Shown here: piece by piece, positions 57,700 to 64,000 of the stretch
Layout of the letters: each line of letters starts with the position of its first letter
How positions within the stretch are numbered: position 1 is the first letter of the stretch
Assembly: GCA_024636855.1 (NCBI GenBank)
Contig: JAGXGG010000060.1
Location: forward strand, 36,126-100,125
Direction: 5' to 3'
DNA from: Ignavibacteriota bacterium
GTDB taxonomy: Bacteria > Bacteroidota > Ignavibacteria > Kapaibacteriales > UBA2268
DNA length: 64,000 bases
Program-made: the position numbers and the translations under genes
Notes under the pieces: model-generated
What the model was told of the DNA's origin: nothing
The model's input: the letters and a program-made list of their open reading frames with translations, nothing else
The model's database searches: none

Positions 57700-58482
57700 A
57701 TGAAAAAGTTAAATAATCTCCCTTATGGAGCAGCTGAGCTTAAAAAGCAAATTAATAGCTCTACAATGAAAGGATTTATCCTTAGCTTAATGTTCTTTAT
57801 GGTATTTGGTCTAGCCGTATCATCATTACATAATTTGGTTAATGATACAAAAAGTCCAGAAATAACAGATATTCCGATAACAGTTGTTTCAAACTATGAA
57901 CTTAAAAAAACAGTAGACATTAGCAACAATGGTACAAAAGGTAAATTAACTAATTCGACAACTGAAATTATTGGTAAGAATCAAAAGTTTACTGAAGAGG
58001 TAGATATACCTAAAATTAATGCTTCAATATTTGATGTTGGTATTAATACTGACGAGATATTAAATAATATTGGAAATGCATTAGGTTTAGGAAGTGATGT
58101 TGAATCTGGAAATGGTGAATTATTAGTTGGAAATAAGAATCTGAAGAATGGAAATTCTGAAGAAGCAATGGATATATCTAAAGAATTTGTTCAACAAGAT
58201 ATGCAAAAATTTCCTAGTATGGATTATGATAGAATAAAAAGTCTAGTGAAATATCCACAACAAGCAAAATCTTTAAATCTAAGTGGTAGTGTGCATATAG
58301 CAGCATTGATAGATAAATCAGGAAAACTTGCGAAAAGTTATATTTATAGTTCAACTAATTCGTTATTCGATGAAGAGGCATTACAGGCTGTGAGAAACTA
58401 TAATGATTTCTCTCCTGCTATTAATAATGGAAAAACAGTTGATTGTTGGATAATTATACCAATTAAATTCAAATTGAAATGA
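57700..58482 (+). CDS. TonB paralog with non-proline (Asn/Gly-rich) spacer
   Basis: The N-terminus (YGAAELKKQINSSTMKGFIL) and the C-terminal domain (VKYPQQAKSLNLSGSVHI...WIIIPIKFKL) parallel the upstream TonB. The spacer has almost no Pro. Confidence 0.75.
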   Translation: MKKLNNLPYGAAELKKQINSSTMKGFILSLMFFMVFGLAVSSLHNLVNDTKSPEITDIPITVVSNYELKKTVDISNNGTKGKLTNSTTEIIGKNQKFTEEVDIPKINASIFDVGINTDEILNNIGNALGLGSDVESGNGELLVGNKNLKNGNSEEAMDISKEFVQQDMQKFPSMDYDRIKSLVKYPQQAKSLNLSGSVHIAALIDKSGKLAKSYIYSSTNSLFDEEALQAVRNYNDFSPAINNGKTVDCWIIIPIKFKLK

Positions 58483-58685
58483 TAAATGACGTTATAAACT
58501 ACGGTATCCGAATATTAATAATCCTATTAGGGTTACTATTCGTAAGTGGATATTTTATGCCCGAAGATTCTGATTCAACTATGATGAGAGTCTTCGGAGC
58601 TATTTTTGTGTTATTCGGATTCTACAGATTAGCGTTATATAGAGCAAATAAAAAACGATATAATACGAGAAAAGATGAAAATTAA
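58479..58685 (+). CDS. Small two-TM membrane protein
   Basis: 68 aa with two hydrophobic helices and a basic C-tail. ATGA overlap with the upstream gene and an 11-nt overlap with the downstream gene. Confidence 0.55.
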   Translation: MINDVINYGIRILIILLGLLFVSGYFMPEDSDSTMMRVFGAIFVLFGFYRLALYRANKKRYNTRKDEN

Positions 58686-59592
58686 ATTGATGATATTATC
58701 TTTTGTAATTCTATTAGTTAGTTGTGATAGTAAATACGAAGCAAAAGATCCAAATGATGTAGAGACTCTTAATTCAGGTAAATTAAAGGTTTATTGTGAT
58801 GAGCTTATAAAACCAGTTCTTGATTCAGCTTTTGTACTTTATACTCAGGAGTATGAAAAAGTCGAATTAACAGTAGAATATGCAAATTCAAGAAACGTAA
58901 TGTCACAATTGCTATCGAAAGAAGCAAGAGTAGTAGTTAACGCTCGTGATTACCTCAAAGATGAGGATTCACTTATGAATGCCTTCAAATTAGAAAAACA
59001 TAAAAGATTTGTAATTGCATATGATGGACTAGTCTTTTTTGTGAATAAAGAGTTTCCTATAGATACCCTCAATACAAATCAATTAGAAAAAGCAATCGTA
59101 AATGGTGAAGACCTTAGTAAAACTACAAAAGGACTTGATTTTGAACCTACTTATGCTACATTAGATCAGTACTCATCAGTATATGCTAATTTCAATTCTA
59201 TGATAGTAAAAGACAATCCACTTAAAAGAAAAGTAGAATTATATGAAAATATTGATGATTTGAAGAAACAAGTTGCCTCTAATAGTAGTATTATAGGTAT
59301 CGGATATCTTTCACAAATCAATAATGATAAGAATTTTAAGATGTTAAGATTAGGTTTTGATAGTGATTCTTTAAAAAGATATATAACACCAAAACCTGTT
59401 CATCAAGGATATATAGTTCAAGACTTATATCCTTACAAAGTTCCATATTATGCTTATCTATTAGAAGATAGACAAAATTTACCTTTTTGGTTTGGAACTT
59501 ATTTAGCAAAACAAGAAAATGTACAAAAATTATTTTTAGATCAAGGTATAGTTCCAGCATTTGCAAGAATAAAACTTAAATATGAGGAGTAA
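58675..59592 (+). CDS. PstS-fold (PBP type 2) substrate-binding lipoprotein
   Basis: Lipobox LLVSCDS. GKLKVYCDE...VAYDGLVFFVN...LEKAIVNGE pattern of the phosphate-binding-protein-like family. Confidence 0.6.
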   Translation: MKIKLMILSFVILLVSCDSKYEAKDPNDVETLNSGKLKVYCDELIKPVLDSAFVLYTQEYEKVELTVEYANSRNVMSQLLSKEARVVVNARDYLKDEDSLMNAFKLEKHKRFVIAYDGLVFFVNKEFPIDTLNTNQLEKAIVNGEDLSKTTKGLDFEPTYATLDQYSSVYANFNSMIVKDNPLKRKVELYENIDDLKKQVASNSSIIGIGYLSQINNDKNFKMLRLGFDSDSLKRYITPKPVHQGYIVQDLYPYKVPYYAYLLEDRQNLPFWFGTYLAKQENVQKLFLDQGIVPAFARIKLKYEE

Positions 59593-59593
59593 G

Positions 59594-61300
59594 ATGAACT
59601 TTTACAAAATAATAGCAATTCTATTATTAACATTATCATTCAATTTGTATTCACAATCAGTTGAGGAGTTACAATCTCTAATTAGCAAAGGTAAGTACCT
59701 TGAAGCTGAGGCTATTGCAAAGAATATCAATAATAATAGTGATAATCAGAAATTATTTATTCTAAAAGGTGATATATATTTAGAGTTAGAGAAATATGAT
59801 GAAGCCAAAAAAGCTTACGAAAAAGCTTATGAAATTGATGATAACGAAATAGCTTTTGTTAGGTATGGTAAAATATTATCAGTCTCTAAAGAGTATGAGA
59901 AAGCAGAAAAGCTTTTAAAAAATGGAATTGATGATTTTGAAAAAAGTATTCCTATCAGATTAGAACATGCAAGTAATTATATTAGAGCCGGTAAACTAAC
60001 TGATGCAGAAGTACAGATTAAACGTGCTCGTGATATAAACGAGAATGACCCTCGTATATATATTACTGAAGGAGACATGTACTTTGATCAAAGGGTATAC
60101 GAGTTATCTAAAAAATCTTATGAAAAAGCTTTAGCATTGGATGAGAATCAAAAGGAAGCACGTTCGAAACTTGCTACTTCATATTATTGGTTAGCAAATA
60201 GAGAAGCAGACCAAGATTTGTCTAATGAGTTATTTACAATGTCACTAAAAGAATGGGATAGAGTTACTAAACAAGATACAATGGATGCAAGTGCATTCTT
60301 CAATAAGGGTAAAATTCTATTTTTTGCAAAACAATATAAAGATGCTGTACCTGCATTATTCAGATATTATGAGTTAAGACCTACAGGTGATCTAGGTAGA
60401 TGGTATTTGGGACAATCACTATACGAATTAGGACTTTGTGATTCAGCTGCACCTCAATTAAAATATGTATCTGAACATATTGATTCTGTCAAGTTCAAAG
60501 CTAATTTACTAATGGCTCGTTGCTATTATGATAACAAAGATTATCCAAACTCTAAAGCTGCTTACAAAGCAATATTAGCTATGGATAAAGACAATCCAGA
60601 AATAGAAGAAGCTGATATAAGAAGATATGGTACTGCTGAACTTTTTACTGGTGATACTACAGCTGCTTTGACTATATATAAAGATTTGGTAAACAAGAAT
60701 CCAGATGCATCATGTAACTTGATGAATATGGTTGGACGATTGATGTTCTCAGCTAAAAAATATGATGAAGCGTTGTTCTTTTTTGATAAAAGACTAAATA
60801 CTGCTGCATGTAATGATAGTACGGATTCTAAAATTATCTATTATAAAGGACTATCTTACCTATTTATGGAACAAAGAGACACTGCAATTGTTTACTTAGA
60901 AAAATCAGCTAAGATGGACAGTACAGATGCAGGATCTAATGTTTATTTGGGTGATGCCTATGCAGGAATGGATGATGATAAGAAAGCAATTGAGAATTTC
61001 GAGAAAGCAATTAGTATTTCTAAAGCGTTTCCTGAAGTGAATAAAAACAATATTAGATCAGCTTATGGAAAACTTTCAGGACTTTATTATAAAGCAAAGG
61101 AATGGAAAAAACTATCTACTGTTGCAATAAGCTGGTCAGAAGAACAACCTGAAATAGAGTATGGATATCTATATGCTGCAATAGCTTATCAAGGTATGGG
61201 TGATATTAAAAATGCTTGCTTATGGTATAAGAAAGTATTGAAAGTGAACCCAGATAACAAGGCCGCTGCACAAAATAGATCTGCTCTTGGATGTGATTAA
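59594..61300 (+). CDS. Secreted tetratricopeptide repeat protein
   Basis: I prefer the ATG at 59594, which is preceded by GAGGAG at 59584-59589, over the alternative ATG at 59582. Signal peptide MNFYKIIAILLLTLSFNLYS, then many TPR units (..YDEAKKAYEKAYEID.., ..KKAIENFEKAISI.., ..NACLWYKKVLKVNPDN..). Confidence 0.8.
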   Translation: MNFYKIIAILLLTLSFNLYSQSVEELQSLISKGKYLEAEAIAKNINNNSDNQKLFILKGDIYLELEKYDEAKKAYEKAYEIDDNEIAFVRYGKILSVSKEYEKAEKLLKNGIDDFEKSIPIRLEHASNYIRAGKLTDAEVQIKRARDINENDPRIYITEGDMYFDQRVYELSKKSYEKALALDENQKEARSKLATSYYWLANREADQDLSNELFTMSLKEWDRVTKQDTMDASAFFNKGKILFFAKQYKDAVPALFRYYELRPTGDLGRWYLGQSLYELGLCDSAAPQLKYVSEHIDSVKFKANLLMARCYYDNKDYPNSKAAYKAILAMDKDNPEIEEADIRRYGTAELFTGDTTAALTIYKDLVNKNPDASCNLMNMVGRLMFSAKKYDEALFFFDKRLNTAACNDSTDSKIIYYKGLSYLFMEQRDTAIVYLEKSAKMDSTDAGSNVYLGDAYAGMDDDKKAIENFEKAISISKAFPEVNKNNIRSAYGKLSGLYYKAKEWKKLSTVAISWSEEQPEIEYGYLYAAIAYQGMGDIKNACLWYKKVLKVNPDNKAAAQNRSALGCD

Positions 61301-61321
61301 GTAAAAAATTAAAGAATATAC

Positions 61322-61352
61322 TTGATAATACTATAATCAGTTAGTATATTTG
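61322..61352 (+). promoter_or_regulatory. Bacteroidetes-type sigma-A promoter candidate for yceD-rpmF-plsX-fabH
   Basis: TTG (61322-61324), a 20-nt spacer, then TATATTTG (61345-61352). This is the same -7 octamer as upstream of 20572. Confidence 0.5.
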
Positions 61353-61370
61353 TAGCTTGTATTTAAACGT

Positions 61371-61868
61371 TTGTTTGAAATGTTATTATTAAATGCCCAA
61401 GGTTTATCAAACGGTAAACATTATATTGAAATCAGTGGTATAGCTGATGGAGAATTTAAATCTGACATTATAGATTCAGAAGTCTTTATAGAAGGCTCTC
61501 TTAGAGTTTATAATGATAGAATAATATTGAATGGAAAGGCTTGGACTTCTGCTAAGTTAATATGTGATTTATCACTTGAAGTGTATAGAGAAAAAATCGA
61601 AGCAGAAATTAGCATTAATGTAATAAAAGGTATGAAAGAAGAATACCGAACTGAAGTTGACGAGAATATTATATATATAGGCGAAGAAGAAAAAAACGCA
61701 AATATAACTGAAATAGTAGTTCAAGAGTTATTGGTCAAAGTACCAATGAAGAAAGTATCTCCAAAATATATTGACAAAGATATAGAAGAGATATATCCAG
61801 AGATAAAAGAGATTAAAAAGGAAGGGCTTAGCCCATTTGATATTTTAAAAAATTTGAAAATTAATTAA
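61371..61868 (+). CDS. yceD: YceD/DUF177 family protein
   Basis: 165 aa and acidic. It occupies the conserved position immediately upstream of rpmF-plsX-fabH. The start (TTG 61371 or ATG 61380) is uncertain. Confidence 0.6.
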   Translation: MFEMLLLNAQGLSNGKHYIEISGIADGEFKSDIIDSEVFIEGSLRVYNDRIILNGKAWTSAKLICDLSLEVYREKIEAEISINVIKGMKEEYRTEVDENIIYIGEEEKNANITEIVVQELLVKVPMKKVSPKYIDKDIEEIYPEIKEIKKEGLSPFDILKNLKIN

Positions 61869-61885
61869 ATTTAAAGGTTAATACA

Positions 61886-62071
61886 ATGGCACATCCGAAA
61901 CGAAAGATTTCGAAATCTAGAAGAGATAAGAGAAGAACTCATTATAAATTAGAACAGCCAACGCTATCAACATGTGTACAGACAGGTGAAATTAAAAGAT
62001 CACACAGAGCTACATTAGTTGTTGAAGACGGTAAAAAAGTTTACTATTACAATGGCAGAAAATTCGATTAA
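61886..62071 (+). CDS. rpmF: 50S ribosomal protein L32
   Basis: MAHPKRKISKSRRDKRRTHYKL N-terminus. Confidence 0.95.
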   Translation: MAHPKRKISKSRRDKRRTHYKLEQPTLSTCVQTGEIKRSHRATLVVEDGKKVYYYNGRKFD

Positions 62072-62088
62072 TTTTCTGAGGTAGTATC

Positions 62089-63114
62089 ATGTCAGGAGCA
62101 AAGCAAAATATTAATATCGCAATAGATATAATGGGAAGTGATTTTGCTCCTGAAAGTGAGATAGTAGGTGCTTTAGAATTCCTCAATGAGAATAAAGACA
62201 AAAGTATTAAATTATTCTTCGTTGGTGAAGAAGAATTGATAAAGTCTGAAATAGAAAAGCACCCTTCAATAAAAAACTTCAAATTCGAAATTGTAAATGC
62301 TACTCAAGTAATTACAATGGGAGATGATGCCACTGCAGGTGTCAAATCCAAAAAAAACTCATCAATTTCCATAGGCCTTGATTTATTAAAAGATAGTAAA
62401 GTGAATGCTTTTATTTCTGCAGGAAATACAGGTGCTATATTATCTACTTCTACTCTTAAGTTAGGAAGAATCAAAGGTGTTAGTAGACCAACTATTGGAT
62501 CTTTTTTCCCAACTCTAAAAGAAAATCCGACTTTACTTTTAGATGTAGGTGCAAACTCCGAAGTCAAACCACAATTTCTATACGAGTTTGCTGTAATGGG
62601 GCAAGTATATCTCTCTGAAATGTATAATATTAAAAATCCATCTATTGGGTTACTTAATATAGGTGAAGAAGAGAAGAAAGGAACTGAGACCGTCCAAGAA
62701 GCTTACAAACTCCTCAAAGAATCTAATTTAAACTTTATTGGTAATGTTGAAGGAAGAGATATTTTTCCTGGAGCAGCTGATATTGTAGTTTGTGATGGAT
62801 TTGTTGGGAATATTGTCCTAAAGTTCGCAGAGAGTTTTATGGGTTTTTTCAAAGAGACTCTAAAAATATATGCTAATCAAAGTCCTTTAAAAAAGATAAA
62901 AGTAGGTTTGATGGCACCAACTATCAAAGATGTTTTTCGTGGATTTGATTACCAGGACCATGGGGGAGTGCCACTATTAGGAGTTAATGGTGTAGTTATA
63001 ATTGGTCACGGTAAGTCCTCACCTAAAGCAATCAAAAATATGCTTTATACAGCGTTGATAACTTATACTAAAGAAATTAACAAGAAAATTGAAATTTCTT
63101 TACAATCTTCTTAA
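62089..63114 (+). CDS. plsX: Phosphate acyltransferase PlsX
   Basis: 341 aa. IAIDIMGSDFAP, SAGNTGA, DGFVGNI and IIGHGKS motifs. Confidence 0.95.
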   Translation: MSGAKQNINIAIDIMGSDFAPESEIVGALEFLNENKDKSIKLFFVGEEELIKSEIEKHPSIKNFKFEIVNATQVITMGDDATAGVKSKKNSSISIGLDLLKDSKVNAFISAGNTGAILSTSTLKLGRIKGVSRPTIGSFFPTLKENPTLLLDVGANSEVKPQFLYEFAVMGQVYLSEMYNIKNPSIGLLNIGEEEKKGTETVQEAYKLLKESNLNFIGNVEGRDIFPGAADIVVCDGFVGNIVLKFAESFMGFFKETLKIYANQSPLKKIKVGLMAPTIKDVFRGFDYQDHGGVPLLGVNGVVIIGHGKSSPKAIKNMLYTALITYTKEINKKIEISLQSS

Positions 63115-63149
63115 TTTCCAAAATAGATTTTATAAATTTGAGAAATAAA

Positions 63150-64000
63150 CATGCCAGCAACAATAACTGCGATTGCTCATTATTATCCTGAAGACAAACT
63201 AACGAACAAACATTTCGAGTCTTACTTAGATACTAGTGATGAGTGGATAAAAACGCGTACTGGTATTAACGAAAGAAGAATAATGAAGAATGGTGCTACT
63301 TCTGATATGATAGTACCTGCAGCATTGAAATGTATTGAAAATGCTGGAATAGATAAACAAGAAATAGACTGTATTATAGTAGCAACCGTTACTCCTGACC
63401 ATATGTATCCTTCTACTGCTGCAGTAGTACAACACAAATTGGGAATAACCAATGTATGGGGCTTCGATATTTCAGCTGCATGCTCTGGTTTTCTTTTTGC
63501 ATTGAAAACGGCAGCCAGTTTAGTTGAGTCAGGTGCTGCCAAAAAAGTGTTGCTCTGTGGAGCTGATAAAATGTCATCAATTCTTAATATGAATGATAGA
63601 AACACTGCTATCTTATTTGGAGATGCTGCTGGTGTTTGTCTTATAGAAAAGTCAGATGATGATAATTATGGAATTTTAGATTCTATACTTCATATAGATG
63701 GTGTTGGTGGTCAATATCTTAACCAGAAAGCTGGTGGAAGTGCTTTTCCGGCTACTGAAGAAACCGTTAGAAATATGGAACATACTGTTTTTCAAGACGG
63801 TAAAACAGTTTTCAAATATGCTGTGAAAGGTATGGCAGATGTTTCTAAAGAGATTATGGAAAAAAACAAACTTACTGGTGATGATGTTTCATATTTAGTA
63901 CCACATCAAGCAAACTTGAGAATTATTAGTGCAACTGCTGAACGAATGGGTGTTGGTATGGATAAAGTAATGGTAAATATTGAAAAATATGGTAATACTA
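63150..64000 (+). CDS. fabH: 3-oxoacyl-ACP synthase III (FabH), 3'-truncated by the window edge
   Basis: My own translation from the ATG at 63150 is open to the window end: MPATITAIAHYYPEDKLTNKHFE..SDEWIKTRTGINERR..DISAACSGF (active Cys)..VPHQANLRII (His). It is absent from the ORF track because there is no stop codon in the window. Confidence 0.9.

Noticed and set aside
63222-63605. 127-aa and 69-aa minus-strand ORFs at the right end of the window
   Set aside because: They lie antisense to an open plus-strand frame that translates into an unmistakable FabH (AACSGF, HQAN). That frame is missing from the ORF track only because it has no stop codon within the window.
1-64000. CRISPR arrays, tRNA/rRNA genes, transposases, integrases, prophage or known defence-system genes
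   Set aside because: I scanned all intergenic gaps. All but one are under ~210 bp and none contains spaced direct repeats or tRNA-like T-arm/acceptor patterns. No ORF translation shows DDE, tyrosine/serine recombinase, Cas, restriction-modification or reverse-transcriptase motifs.

Overview
This is a strongly AT-rich, very gene-dense bacterial chromosomal segment of about 60 genes. I found no rRNA, tRNA, CRISPR array, transposase or integrase. Several signatures point to the Fibrobacteres-Chlorobi-Bacteroidetes group (Bacteroidota or Ignavibacteriota-like), but the species cannot be named from sequence alone. These are a short 287-aa RpoD without region 1.1, recurring TTG-N20/21-TATATTTG promoter-like motifs, at least four proteins ending in type IX secretion (T9SS) C-terminal sorting domains, and an exbB-exbD-exbD-tonB cluster followed by PBP-like and TPR genes. 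Most genes are housekeeping: pcrA, nrnA, gyrA, glyQS, rpoD, lipA, tpiA, hup, pyrB, prmC, rpmF-plsX-fabH, lptF/G-like and lptC-like. The parts worth a second look are as follows. (1) Two separate proteins carry what looks like the GldL/PorL two-helix stator hairpin with an intramembrane Glu. One (29550-30353) is translationally coupled to a single-pass periplasmic partner with a GldM/PorM-like layout and sits in an LptFG-TolC-RDD-MacAB export operon, with no gldK/gldN nearby. The other (7006-8337) has the hairpin fused behind a large N-terminal module and lies next to an 1834-aa PorU/gingipain-like C25 protein. (2) A tandem pair of paralogous secreted proteins combines a CxxCH heme-c motif, a thrombospondin-type-3 Ca-binding repeat and a T9SS sorting domain. 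(3) A second TonB paralog is translationally coupled to a small membrane protein, a PstS-fold lipoprotein and a TPR protein. All family assignments come from motifs read by eye and recalled family signatures. No alignments or database searches were run.
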